Below are positions 12,243 through 24,973 of a stretch of 64,000 nt of DNA, in pieces. Every line of letters starts with the position of its first letter. The stretch's first letter is position 1. The position numbers were made by a program, and so were the translations under genes. The stretch comes from Lytechinus pictus (taxonomy: Eukaryota), in the NCBI RefSeq assembly GCF_037042905.1, contig NC_087251.1:47866001-47930000 (forward strand). The letters run 5' to 3'. The notes beneath the pieces are model-generated. The model was not told the DNA's origin. It saw only the letters and a list, made by a program, of their open reading frames with translations, and made no database searches.

Positions 12243-12818
12243 CATGATTCAGGCTTTCCGATTACAGCTGATGAGCAAGAATACAATTCATTTCTCTTTT
12301 CTGTTTCTCACCAGGCCACTGATACTTGTTATGTTCCTCCACTGGATACCTGCACTGTCTGGTGTGCTTGTTGTTGTCATATGAAGTGCAGGATTTATGT
12401 ACACTTACATTACATGTATTTGGCACCTTCAACCAACATTACAATATATTGTCTTGAGCGTGTTTGCTTGTGTTTTAATCAAAAGTACCACGAAGATCCA
12501 TCTTTTGAAGCATCTGTTCTAATTTTGATCTTTGTCATAGCAATTTCCTTGGGCAAGAAAGTCATCTGTATTGTGCTGCTCTCAACCCAGGTGAGGTAAA
12601 AAGGGACCTGGTGGGAATGTATTCCTTGAAACACAGTGCGTGTAACGGCAGCTCTGCCTAAGCCAGGGTATTTATGCTGCATTTAGTATAGAATGCTTAG
12701 AGACTTATAAAGTAAAGTGTCAAGTGCTATATATACAAGTATGATTATTATTAATATTATAGCCAGGGGTAATTTGGATTTAGTTTCCTGATGTAAATCT
12801 AGAATACCCTTATTGGTC

Positions 12819-13105
12819 ATGGATTACTGCAGCTTTGAATCTCTTACATGCGCCCATTTGACACCTCTTTCCCCGTTTCCTTATCTTCTCTGTTATTATT
12901 TGTGAGACGATCTTTCTTCTTCAATTGTGTAAGACCACTGTTGACATCTTTCGCAAGACAGGTCCCTCTTGGGGCATGAATTACTGTTTTGAATCTCATA
13001 CATGCGCCTGCTGATTGACACTCCTTTTCCCTTTTCCTTCTCTGTTATTCTTTGTGAGACAGTCTTTCCTCTATATGATGAGAAGACCACTGTCAACGTC
13101 TTTCG
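12819..13105. repeat. Diverged tandem duplication (~155-bp period, 2 copies)
   Basis: CATGGATTACTG..TTTGAATCTCTTACATGCGCC..CTTCTCTGTTATT.TTTGTGAGAC..AAGACCACTGT occurs at 12819 and 12975. Confidence 0.7.
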
Positions 13106-13350
13106 ATCATAAAATTGTCTTCAAAAATTTCTTTTATAATTATTACCTCAGTAGCAGTGTTGGGTGCAAGGCGAGAAGACAAGGCCGAGGCCAGGCTGCT
13201 CATTCTGTATCTGTGACAGCTTCTGGTTGTCACTTACTGTTCAGTTAGGGACAAGTCTTAAACATGGCTAAATTTTGAAGAGTGCCTTTACCAACTGGAG
13301 ATTACTGCCCAGAAGGTGCAATTTTTTTCCTATGTACCGTTATACCGAGG

Positions 13351-13540
13351 TTTTTTACCTGACTGCTAAGAAACATGAATGCCTGTGAGCAAGCAACCAG
13401 GGGACCTACGGCTTAAGGTCCTCTCCGAGGGACTTGGTAATGAGGATAAATGCCTTACCAAAGGGCACTAGCGCACCACTTGGGAATCGAACCCGGGTCA
13501 CCGGAATCCGAAACCCCCGCTCTACCGACTGAGCTATAGC
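13351..13540 (-). mobile_element. tRNA-derived SINE, family 2 (CORE-like body)
   Basis: Minus strand TAGCTCAGTCGGTAGAGC ... GGTTCGATTCCC, then GTGCCCTTTGGTAAGGCATTTATCCTC and an A tail. Near-identical copies at 56300-56496 and 62358-62497. Confidence 0.85.
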
Positions 13541-14282
13541 TTTAGCAGATGCAATAGTTGGTGAAATCTAGACAACTTAAGTAGATTCCATTCTGGGATG
13601 GTTTTCATTAATAGAAGTACTGTTAGCTGTCCTTATATGAGCTTATATCCCTTGTCACATTTGATATTGAAATTTTAAATTAGAGATTGATTACTAGGTA
13701 CTAGGTACTAGCCCATGTGTTTCCTTGAACAAGGTTGTCAATGTGGCCTTACTCCTCCAAAGATTTAATGTCTCCCATTCGAAATTATCATTAATTAGTT
13801 TTAATCACATTCAAATAGTGTATTTTTGTTGTATTCACAGAAGGATGGAAATATAAGGCAGTCTGAAGTTTGGAACGGCTGAAGAATTTCAGAGACTGTG
13901 TTTTCAGGTCACAATTATTAAATTTTGATCATTAAAATCACTATTTCAGAAAATGTTAGTAATGTGTCCTGAAATATTTTGAACGTAGTATCTAGAAAGT
14001 ATTATATGAAATAGTATGATTATGAAGTAACTGTCAAATGTGAAAGATATGTAATGTAAGTCTAGTTTTCTTGTTCTCTTTTTGGATGACTGCTGTACCC
14101 TTATGCATTAAAATGCAAGTTTCTATTTTTTGTGGTGTATACAATAGAATGTTCTTCAAAGGGTATTCATTTTTGATCTCTTCTTGTATGAATGTTATTG
14201 AAGTTGAACCGGGCTATGTAAACAAAAGAAGACAAAATTGCCTCTCTCTACTATCACTTACATCAAGTGCTACAGTCACACC

Positions 14283-14460
14283 AGGGGGCCGTTTCATAAA
14301 GCTGTTTGTAAGTTAAGAGCGACTTTAAGAACGACTGGTGAACCTTTCTTACGTGCTAAAACCATCGCCAATGGAGTATACCATTTACCAAAAGAAAGGA
14401 TCACCAGTCGTTCTTAAAGTCGCTCTTATCTTACGAACAGCTTTATGAAACACCCACCAG
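14283..14460. mobile_element. Palindromic MITE
   Basis: ~70-bp arms GTTTCATAAAGCTGTTTGTAAGTTAAGAGCGACTTTAAGAACGACTGGTGA / TCACCAGTCGTTCTTAAAGTCGCTCTTATCTTACGAACAGCTTTATGAAAC. Second copy at 39788-39982 and a fragment at ~40063. Confidence 0.8.
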
Positions 14461-14607
14461 ACCAACCAAATCTATCAAGTTATTTATACAAAACCAACTA
14501 CAAACCACTGGTCAAGTTGGTGTAACTGTCATGTAAAAGATTTGATTTCGCGGGTACATCTAAATTTAATTTACCACAGTTATATAAAAATCGGTTTGTC
14601 ACCTAAA

Positions 14608-14748
14608 CCAGGGGAGTATTACATGAAAGAAATGATCAATGATTTTCTCTGACTTTTGTTATAAGTTACTGAGATCCTTGCATCTGATTGGCTCAGAGCA
14701 AATTAGTCTGAAAATCACTGGCAAGATGCTCCATGAAACACTCCCCGG
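14608..14748. mobile_element. Short MITE with a GCATCTGATTGGCTCAGA core
   Basis: TIRs GGGGAGTATTACATG / CATGAAACACTCCCC. Related copies at ~39467-39560, ~43350-43450 and ~53534-53675. Confidence 0.65.
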
Positions 14749-14785
14749 GATGGGCCCCAAGACAAGGGTAAATAAAGGACATGGA

Positions 14786-14936
14786 TAATAAAGCAATTAT
14801 TGACTGGCCGCGTGGCGATACGACATATATCGCCCAAACTAGATTTATATTGCCCGAGTTGACGAGGGTGATGTCAATTTAGTGAGGGCGACATATGTCC
14901 TTTTTCGCCCCCAGGCCAGTCAATATCGATATTATT
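14786..14936. repeat. Imperfect palindrome, probably a MITE or Crypton-like non-autonomous element
   Basis: Nested inverted arms ATTGACTGGCC...GGCGATACGACATATATCGCCC / GGGCGACATATGTCC..TCGCC...GGCCAGTCAAT. Confidence 0.55.
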
Positions 14937-15840
14937 AACCAAATTAGACATCTAGAGCAAAAATTGTTACATTTAGATATTCTAGAGTTTAAGAATGGGA
15001 ATCTATTTCGTCATGTTGAGCAGACTGGGCCTCTGAACTTTACCATTGTGATGTAATTGAAATGACGCGTCCCTGGCCTGGGGACGCAGTATCCAGCGTT
15101 GTCTCAACTTGATTAACATTGTGACGTATAGTTTGAACTATGAACTTAGAATTTTCAATGAAATCTTTATATTGTATGCATGCTACATTTGTTTGAATAT
15201 ATATGCTTATTTATATAATACTTTTGGAAGTTTGGATATTTATTTAAGATTTTTTCTATATACATTTATATACATAACATGGATTAAAATTGTGTTTTGT
15301 TAAAAATTGTGTTCTAATTTGTTTCATCATTTGAATGTCAAAAACGTATTTTTAAAATTTACTTTAAAGCTGAACTTGGATGTGTATAAGTGTGAATGTG
15401 AGTATAATGTGAGTTTACACAACTGAGCTATAGATGTTTACAAGAGTTAACCCTGACTTCAAAGTGATTTTTTTTTAAGAGTGGCAAAATAGGAAAAACA
15501 TTCTTTATGGAAGTTTGAAATGATTTTGTATGTGGATTTTGTTTATCATCTGAAACATTATTTTACTTAGGTCTTACTTCTTGAGCTTTGATTCTCGGTC
15601 TCCATATCTTTGGTCTCCATAGAGTATTTTTGACATGAATCATTAATTAACAAAGAATGTTCATGGTTATACATGTCATAAAGTTTTCTCAACACATTAT
15701 TTATGAAGAAGTGCAGATTTCATGACTTGACTATTGGTAAATCCATATTTAATTACTAGACAGATCAGGATTAAGCTAGTAACTGCCAATATTTCACGAA
15801 ATACATGTTTCGTTCATTGATGAACTCATTACCCTTTTAT

Positions 15841-16238
15841 CAGGGTTTCCAGCCAATCAGGGAAAATCATTTTACTTTTTTCCAGTCAGGGAAAAATCAG
15901 GGAATTCGATAAAAATATACCTCAAATCAGGGGAAAATGCCTTCCGAAACGGGAAAAAATCCGGGTATTTTGATCGGCCCAAAAGTTGAAAGCTCGGTAG
16001 TCAGTAAGACTGTTATATTTTGTTGCATATCAAAACAACACCCATTGAATGACTGGTTATGGTATACTAATTAGTTTTACATAATTGTTTTATACTGAAA
16101 ATACATGTAATACACTGCAACAACTTAGAAAACATGCGAAACTGGCCGGGAATGGGTTAAAAAAATTATTTGGGAATTTTTAAACTTCATCAGGGAAAAA
16201 TCAGGGAATTTTGTTTACTTGATAAGCTGGGAACCATG
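15841..16238. mobile_element. hAT-like non-autonomous element with ATCAGGGAA subterminal repeats
   Basis: Termini CAGGGTTTCCAGC / GCTGGGAACCATG. Multiple (A)TCAGGGAA motifs near both ends. The TSD is not clean. Confidence 0.6.
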
Positions 16239-17009
16239 TTTATTGTACCAGTATACAGTTCTCAACTTCTTATCCTCCATCTCTCTCAATACTTGATGTA
16301 TGATTGACTCCCTTCCATAACTCCTCATCCTTCTCTTAGCTCTACGTACCTCCCTCTCCCGTCCCTCTGCCCCTCTCTCTTTCACCCCTCTCTCTTTCAC
16401 CTATCTCTCACATATCAATCTTCTCCTCCCCCACCCCATCATTCTTTGTCCACTTTTTTTCTCTCTTTGCCTCTTCCTTGAGGATTTACTATTTCAAAAT
16501 ATTTACATATTTACATAGGAATAACTTTTTTCAAGAGTCAAATGATATGTATAATATAACAGGAATTGCAACATGATTTTCTGGACTTCTTATACACAAA
16601 ATAATGATTCAAATAAACCTTCAAATATGAAACAAATTCAGTGATCAATCTCTTATTGCTATGATTTAAATTTTTAAGGTTGCATTTTACACAATGATTA
16701 TAAACTGTGCAATATTTATAGTCAAATTAATAAGCTCAAACTTTGGGTTTTCTATTTCATATCCAATTAACAATGTTTATCCACTTATAACTTTCTTGTA
16801 CGACTTTCTTGCTTCCATGGAGCTATGCATCATATGACACCTGGATATGTTCTATCAACTGTTCGATAAGAAATATATAAAATAATAAAAATTAGACGTC
16901 ATACAATTAATCATTGTTTTAGAAATAAAGGACTTTTTCCCGGGACTTTTTCATCAAGAGGTCTCGTGTATAGAATAGAGCAAGAGAGGGCGTTTTGTAT
17001 GATCATCGA

Positions 17010-18527
17010 CAGTGGCGTACCGTGGGTCACGGCATTGGGGGGGCACCAGCAAAAAGTTCGAGTCACTTAGGGAGCGCGCGAAGCGCGCTCAGTTTTCAGG
17101 TATCAGTACTGACCTAATAGAGATAATTTAAGGACATGCAGTGCCATTAAACGGATATGTATCTCACTGATTAAATAGTGCGAGCGCGAAGCGCGAGCTG
17201 AACATTTTTGATATTCAGAGCTAAAAACGGACATTATAAGCAATTTTTTTTGTAATCATGATACATAACTGTCTCGCTAAACAAACAATGCGAGCGCGAA
17301 GCGCGAGCTAAATTTTTTTGTATATATTGACCCTAAACAGGGAAATTTTAAGGACTATATTTCAGAATCCATTAAGAGTATAAATATCTCACCATAGTCA
17401 TCTCATGCTAGTGCCATCCTTTGCTGATTTTGATAGAATTACATCTAAACACAGATCATGAAGCACCTTTTGTAGTCATTGTAATCATGATTATCATACG
17501 CATCTTACTTATCAAATACTGCAAGTGCGAAGCGCTAGCTGAAAATTTAGGATATTCAGACCTGAAGAGATGCATTCTAAGGCTTGTTTGTAGGAATTCC
17601 CTAAGACCGCACGTATTTCACTAACCAAATAATGCGAGCGCGAAGCGCAAGCTGAAAATTTTGTATATATTGACCTCAAACATTGATATTTTAAGGACTA
17701 CGTTTTTTAGGAATCCTTTAAGAGTATACATATCTCACCATAGTCATCTAATGCGAGTGCCAAGCGCTTGCTGATTTTGTTAGAAATTAGAATTACATCT
17801 AAACACAGATCATGAAGCACTTTTTGAAGTCATTGTAATCATGATTATCATACGCATCTCACTAATCAAATACTGCGAGCGCGAAGCGCGAGCTGAAAAT
17901 TTAGGAAATTCAGACCTGAAGAGGGGCATTCTAAGGCTTGTTTGTAGGAATTCACTAAGACCCTACGTATTTCACTAACCAAATGATGCGATCGCGAAGC
18001 GCGAGCTGAAAATTTTTGATATTCAGATCAGAAAAATTGTCATTTTAAGGACTGATTTTAGGAGTTCGTGAAGAGCAGAAATCTCACCAATCCACTAATG
18101 CGAACGTTAGCACGGACAGGAAATGTTTTATATTAAGACCTTAAAATAGGGCAATCACTTTAAGTAGTCATGAAAAAGAAGAATATGTCACTACATAAAA
18201 CAATAATAACTCGAATTGCGAGGAAAAATATATGTGTTGTATATTGATTTGAAAACGGGAGGTTTTAGTACAACAGGATTATATATCTTGTTAAACAGTC
18301 TATGCGAGCACCAGGAACAATGAAGACACAATGAAGCAAATAATGTTTCATAAAGTTATGAACAAATTCTTCTTATGTAATGTAACACAATATAACATTA
18401 TAATGAACAATAATATATTCTTTCTCTTCCTTTTTCCCTCTTTTTCTCCTTTTCCCCGTTTTTTTTTTTTTTTGCCAGCCGATTGGGGGGGCACGTGCCC
18501 CCATGCCCCCCCGTAGTTACGCCACTG
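17010..18527. mobile_element. hAT-like non-autonomous element with an internal tandem array (GCGAGCGCGAAGCGCGAGC units)
   Basis: TIRs CAGTGGCGTA / TACGCCACTG. Perfect 8-bp TSD ATCATCGA at 17002-17009 and 18528-18535. ~110-125-bp internal units, with a ~350-bp higher-order duplication (~17285-17630 vs ~17632-17985). Confidence 0.9.
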
Positions 18528-19164
18528 ATCATCGATTTAGGTTGAAGACCCTTGAAGATAATCATATTTGCACAAGCTCCTATCATATGGAAATGCTCAA
18601 TATTCATTGTTATTTGTATTTATTACATTATAAATGTGTATTAAATGTGTCCCCATCCCAGGCCCATAATTCTCCTCAATATCGCGAATATTACTTTAAT
18701 TCATATGGGTTCATGATGTTTCCTTCCCAAGAAAGAATTAAGAGGTACACCAATCAGTAGGCCCATTTTACCATAATAATAGCTATAGGGATTAGCTATA
18801 GGTATAAAATTTTGCTTGAATATGATGATTTCTCACGCAGCTCTCTTTTCACAGCAGTTTCTCAGATTGGGGGAGGGGGCCTTAGGGACTGTGACATTCC
18901 CCCTCAAAAGTTCCATAAGAGGGGGGGGGGGACAGAATGAAAAGGGAAAGGGAAAAGTGTAAAATATGGGGAAATATGATTTTATTTTCTGAATATTATA
19001 TTAAACTCTGATATAACAAAATTAAAAAAAAAATTCACAAAAACGTTTTTTTGTTCTTGTTTTTTTATTTATTTATTTTTTAAAGAAATCTTTGCCCCAT
19101 ATGCCATGTATGGCTTACTGTAAAATCATGCCTCATTACGCCACTGCTCCGACTCTTTCTCATT

Positions 19165-20580
19165 ATTATCGTCGTCGTCGTCGTCATCATCAGCAGCAAC
19201 ACTGTATGGTCATCCGTCATCATCACCATCACCGTCATTGTCATCACCATCATCAATCATTCACCATCATTATCATCATCAGCAGCAGCAGCATTATCAT
19301 CATCCGTCATCATCATCATTATCATAAATTCAGGCGATTCAGCTAGGTCTTGGCATGCGTAAAGTTCTTTATGATTTTGACACACCTGACAATACTCACA
19401 TTGTCATTTTTATAAGTGTGAAGAGGCTGGGGGGAAATGTAGCGCCTATCATTTCGATCACCATGAATATTGTTCATTACATTAATTTCTTTTTGCATTG
19501 AAATTAGTAATGCTAATTGACTGCGAATTAACGACATGTCATTAATCCACATTATTTTTTTCCATAATGGAAACGCTCAGTGTGGAAAATAGTTTATTGT
19601 TGAATGGATCTTTCAAATAAAGGCCATTTCATTATCATCAGCTATATGGAAGGTCTGTCGAATTGTATATAGCTGATAGTATTGAAATTACAAAGTGTAT
19701 GAGCTCATGGTAGAGATGTTGACAAAATATTCAAGGCCAAAACACCTGCTTTTGCTTCCTGCATCCCACCCACTCTGTAAGGAGCCTGGGAGTTTGGGTA
19801 CTTTAGTCACTAGACGATATTGAAATGGTAATGACATGATGGAAGAGCGAAATAAAAAAGAATAGAGGTATAATAAATTATAAACGTTGGTAAGAGGGGA
19901 GAGCTAGTAGGAGGAGATAAGGAGAGACAGACGGAGGAATACAAAGAGAGAGAGAGAGAGACGGGCAGGCAGAAAAAGCTTTGCTGCATGTGCAAACCAT
20001 TCACTCGAGGAACATGTAGATTTGTGTAGCCTTCAGAAAGCCCCTCAGAATTGAAACGGCAAATTGACCTTATCATCATCATCATCATCATCACCATCAT
20101 TACCATCATCGCAGGGGCCGCGGAAACGGGGGGGGGGGGGGGGGGTTCCGGGGCTAGCCGGCCTCGCACTTTTTTTTCTTAAACCGTGTACAAAAACGTA
20201 AAAATTACCATCTGATTATGATTTGTTTGCATGGTCAGCCCCCCCCCCCACTTTCAAAACCGTTCAGAGGCCCCTGCATCGTCATCATCATGATCGTGAC
20301 GGCCGGCGGGACCGTGATCATCATCATCACCATCATCGTCAGTTCGTCAAAATCACCTTCATCATTATCGTGCTATATCATCATCACCACCACCATCATC
20401 ATCCTCATCATCATATCATCACCCACCACCATCATCATCACCACCATCACGTACCATCACCATCACCATCATCATCATCATCATCATCACTATCACTGGC
20501 ACCACCACCACAAATATCATCATCAATTCATCATAATCACCTTCATATTTAATAAGTCACCATCGTCATCATCATCCCCG
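19165..20580. repeat. Degenerate (CAT/CAC)n microsatellite blocks with a small hAT-like MITE (20112-20276) inserted
   Basis: CAT-rich tracts at 19165-19325, 20070-20110 and 20277-20580. The MITE has CAGGGGCC...GGCCCCTG termini. Confidence 0.8.
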
Positions 20581-22624
20581 GCAGAAGCAGAAGCAATTTA
20601 TCATAACCTTAATCGTTGCAACCATGAGTCGTCATCATAATTCTCTTCCTCAGGGAGATATTGAGAGAGGGAGAAGGGCAGGTCAGAAAGGAAGGTCAGG
20701 AGAGAAATGAAAGATAAATGCATGGGGATAGGAAGAAAATAGAAAATGAAGAAAATAAGCATCAGGTGGTGTTCAAGTGCTACAGCTACAGAGAGAGAGA
20801 GAGAGAGGGAGAGAGAGTGAGAGAGGGAGGAGAGAGGGGAGAGAAGTGGAGATGCTGAGAATCGAATTATTGCTGACCTTATTTCTATACCCAAGGTTAT
20901 CTCTTTCTTCAGGATTCATCAATCTTCTTTCCACCTTGCTTCCTTCAACACGCTTTCAGCTTAGCTTTATCATCTGCATTTCACATCATGGACCTACTAC
21001 GTGTCCATGTTCACATCCATTATATTATTTGACAGTTTGACCTTCACAACGTCATAAACCTTCATTATACTTTATCGTATTTCTTCCATTTTCGTAATCT
21101 AATCAATTTAACCATGTTAGCTAGGTGGAACATGCCATGGTATTACTTTGTAGTAGTATTTTTCTGTGTATAAGTTCATTTTGCTAGCCTAGAAATGAAG
21201 GAATGAACAGCACTGACATGCACGACACAATTGCTGTATATTTGTCATAAAGGTATTTAATTCAGTTTAAACTGCATGGAGGCTACTTCATCTACTCTCT
21301 TTCAATTTTAAACAAAAGATCACTAATTTTTTATACATCTATATATGGCATTCAAATAATGATATAGCTGTTTCCTAGAAAGGGACGTTGTATTCTACTA
21401 TATTCCCATCAACTCACTCTGTCCTGTCTTTTCTCGGCATAATAATACAAATAATACAAATACAAGCAATGTGTTACCAAAGTACAAGAACTTGTGATAC
21501 GAATGTGGAATCTAGACAAAATACAATCAATAGTAAAATAATAATGATAATAATAGCAAATTAAAAAAAAACTCAAAAGCCCCACTCCAAACAGATTTAA
21601 TTTTGAATATTTTGAATATTGTCCAACCGGAAGCGATTACATTTAGATAAAGTCCAATCAACACTTTTTAACATAATTAATCTAAATTTCTATGTCATGA
21701 TTTTATTACGTTAGATGCGAATACTAGATACAGTGCCAACATTTTTGGTCAAAATGATTATTCTCAACCCCTCCCCCTTGAAACGGCATGTTCGTTTAAA
21801 ATTTCCACCAATTATTAATGCACAATAATCACATTACTAGAGTCAACAATAATAATGGGTCATTACGTTCACCATTTGCAATATAGCACACACGTAAAAA
21901 AATACATTTCCTACGAATTTAGCACGTTTAAGCACATATATCACTATTCCAATTATTATTGTATGAAATAGTTATAAAGCGGATGGTATGAAATAAAAAG
22001 TGTTTTATTTGATACATTCTGCAACTTTACTAGATCAAAGTAAGATATCTGTGGACTATTTTTATTTTACATTTTGATTCAAAACCTCTTTCCATGTATA
22101 GGACTGTGGAAAGGACTGAAAATGTCAGAATTAATGATGATCTTCATCGGGAGCGTTCTGATCTGCAATCAGTTCGAAATGTTGAAGTTACCCTTTTTTA
22201 ACAGTTAAAGGAAATTCAAATCATTGCTGTTATCAATAAATGCGGTTTTAAAATTGTTCTAGACTGGACCTTGGCATGGGCGGAAATCCCAGGGGGACAG
22301 AAGGACGTGCCCCCCCCTACCCAAAATAGTAGGGGGACACAATCAAATGCTCCCTACAATTTTCGGCCTTTTATGATGGAAAGAAAGAAATTGAATTAAA
22401 ACATGTATTTTGGGCGAGATGTCCTTACTTATTGGGTGATAACTTTTTTTTTTTTGCTTGTCAAATTTATTTTGGTCGAAATGACCTTACATTTGCGGTG
22501 ATAACTATTTTTTTTTGCTTGTCAAATTTTCCAGCCCCTGGTTCCCCTACCCTTGGACATTGATGACAAAATTTGGGAAAAATTGCCTGATACATAATAT
22601 TGGCTAAGGTTCATCATATTACCA

Positions 22625-22867
22625 CACTGCAAAAGCTCCGGTGTTGATTTTAACACCAGCCTGGAATCTATATATGTCCACACCAGAGAAGTGTTGAACA
22701 ACACCAGTTTGGTTTTGGTCTAACACCAGATAGGTGTTTATACAACACCAATTAGAATTAAAACAGCATCGGTTTGATTCCAGACTGGTGTTTTTTCAAT
22801 ACTTCTCTGGTGTGGACATATATAGATTCCGGTATGGTGTTAAATCAACACTGGAGTTTTTGCAGTG
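22625..22867. mobile_element. CACTA/EnSpm-like palindromic MITE
   Basis: CA|CACTGCAAAA...TTTTGCAGTG|CA, i.e. CACTG termini and a 2-bp TSD. ~85-bp inverted arms with internal AACACC repeats. Confidence 0.75.
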
Positions 22868-23920
22868 CATAATTATCTCGAAGCTCTTACACCCCCTATG
22901 GCACTCGAATATATCAAAATAGCACATACATGCAGTAAACTGACAAATAATGTATCTGTGAATCGTACAAAACTAAACAAGAAGAATATTGTGAGTTACT
23001 ATAAAGTATATCAATACTATTCTATCTAATGTAAACTTATACATTTAATAGGCAGTGATAGGTGCAACAATGAAGGTTATTTCAACAACAAATTTTTACA
23101 TGACAGTGTAAGCACTGGTATTGAAGATGAGAATTCAATTCCAAAAGATTTATTTAAATAGTATAGGCCTAACGGTAATAATGATCACATTTTGAGGTAG
23201 ATCATAATAAATGCCATTGTCAACAAATGTTTGCCACATACATAATACATTATGATAACAGAAAGAATTGTTATTGGCAATAAACTAAATATTCATAAAT
23301 TCTGAGTATGAAATTATCATTCATTACTAAATGCTGCTAATTAAAGCTTTGGCGTATGTCTCACATTAACATAATAAACCAGCACAAGAATGGTTCTGGA
23401 AATATTTTTTTTTAACTGAAAAACCGTGCTTTTAATTCATCTTAACCCATCTATTAATTATTTTACGAATATATTAGTTTCTAAATGTGTGACAGGAAAT
23501 ATTTTTTATAGGCACTATGTTTTGTAAATGGGATGGGCAATAGGCATATAACATAGATAATAAGTGGTATGATGATAAGGTAATCTATCTGCCTTAAAAA
23601 AAACTTCTTATTTGACATTACGAGTAAAAATTGTATGCTCTTCAAATTATTCTATAAAGAACCACAACATAACTTCAAGGTAGGGGTGGGTTATAATATG
23701 TATGCCTACAAAACCAAGAAGAATAATTTGTTCCCGGTATTTTTGCTTACTAATTGCCTGCTAATTCTATTGGGTAAAAGAACTCTCGAAATTTCAATTA
23801 AATGAACAAATCTACATTCATTCTTCTGGATTACATTAAACTCAAATGCTTGCTTTTCATTCTAATGTACAGTATACGGTCTTGATTCTTTATTAACTTG
23901 AGGATTCATCGAAGAGACAG

Positions 23921-24973
23921 TTACCTAGATAATTGGTTACTCCCTATATTGACCGTACCTCGATGAACCTGACCTCTCATCAAATTCCCATCATCTTGAT
24001 GATGTTGATGGAGGCCTTGTTGACTGACAGCTGTCCTGCCCCAGTCAGCATACTTTCGATATCTTGCGATGCTCTGCAACCAACAATGAAAGTTGATCTT
24101 CTGGTTATCAGAAAACCACTTACTGGCATAGGCGGTGGCGATCAGCATATGGACGTCGTGCTCGAACCGGGAACCGCAGCGTGCGAAGTTGTCATAGCAA
24201 CGCTGGATGCAGTTGAAGATGCGGTTCTGGTCGATGTTGTCGGGTTTCTCCAGTTGATGGCAGGCGATGAGGAGGGAGAGTTTTGAGATGCCATCTGGGT
24301 GAAAGCCATACGAATAATCGGGGTCGAACTCACACATCTGGGCTTTGAAGCTGTTGAATTCAGTTCGTTTTCTCTGCAGGTCGATGCGTGTTTTGGACAA
24401 CTCCCGTTCCAGTTTTCGGTTGTCGGCTTGGCATAGATGGAGCTGCTTCCGGCTATGCTTCAGCTGTATCTCAAGAGCGTTCAGTCGTTGGTTCAACTTC
24501 TCGATGTCCGGTGCGTCGGGTGCGGTTGAGGTCTGGGTCGAAATCTGCTGTCCACTTTTCTCCATTGTGTATTTCTCACAGTCAACCGTGTGAGCCGGAT
24601 AATCGAGTCTGTTGACCACAACGCCACAAGCCACACATTCTACAGGTGCGTAGCCGCAGGAGTCCAGGTGCTTTTCCAGGTTCTCGACACCCAATGTCAG
24701 GGAGCAGCCGCGGTCAGCATTGCTGCAGTATATGGACAATCCGTTGATGATTTCCCTGATGGCCCAGACAGGGCTGACCTGGAACTTACTGATGCAGGTG
24801 CGACATTGAGGACAGGTTCCCGCCAATGGTCTGGCCAACCAGGTGTCTAGACATGCCTGGCAGAAGGCGTGTCCGCAACGGGTCAGGACAGCATCCCGAA
24901 GAACACACGCGCAGATGCCACAGATCAGATTAGGGTTGGGCTTCGTCACAAACTTTTCCATCGAGTACCCCAT
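23921..24973 (-). CDS. RING-finger (C3HC4) + TRAF-type Zn finger + coiled-coil E3 ubiquitin ligase-like protein (RNF41/RNF151/PDZRN-type N-terminus), 350 aa, intronless CDS
   Basis: Starts MGYSMEKF at ATG 24973 (context AACAAGATGG); the ORF track starts at an upstream GTG. RING: CGIC...RCGHAFCQAC...TCPQC. Zn fingers: CSNADRGC..HLDSC and CVAC..HTVDC. Heptad stretch: IEKLNQRLNALEIQL...RIDLQRK. GC-rich coding composition. Confidence 0.9.
   Translation of the reverse strand: MGYSMEKFVTKPNPNLICGICACVLRDAVLTRCGHAFCQACLDTWLARPLAGTCPQCRTCISKFQVSPVWAIREIINGLSIYCSNADRGCSLTLGVENLEKHLDSCGYAPVECVACGVVVNRLDYPAHTVDCEKYTMEKSGQQISTQTSTAPDAPDIEKLNQRLNALEIQLKHSRKQLHLCQADNRKLERELSKTRIDLQRKRTEFNSFKAQMCEFDPDYSYGFHPDGISKLSLLIACHQLEKPDNIDQNRIFNCIQRCYDNFARCGSRFEHDVHMLIATAYASKWFSDNQKINFHCWLQSIARYRKYADWGRTAVSQQGLHQHHQDDGNLMRGQVHRGTVNIGSNQLSR

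Noticed and set aside
17010..18110. Repeat-spacer-like periodicity resembling CRISPR
   Set aside because: The spacers are homologous to each other, the array lies within TIR/TSD-bounded eukaryotic transposons, and there are no cas genes.
19092..20640. His/Ile/Met-rich ORFs
   Set aside because: Translations of (CAT)n microsatellites.
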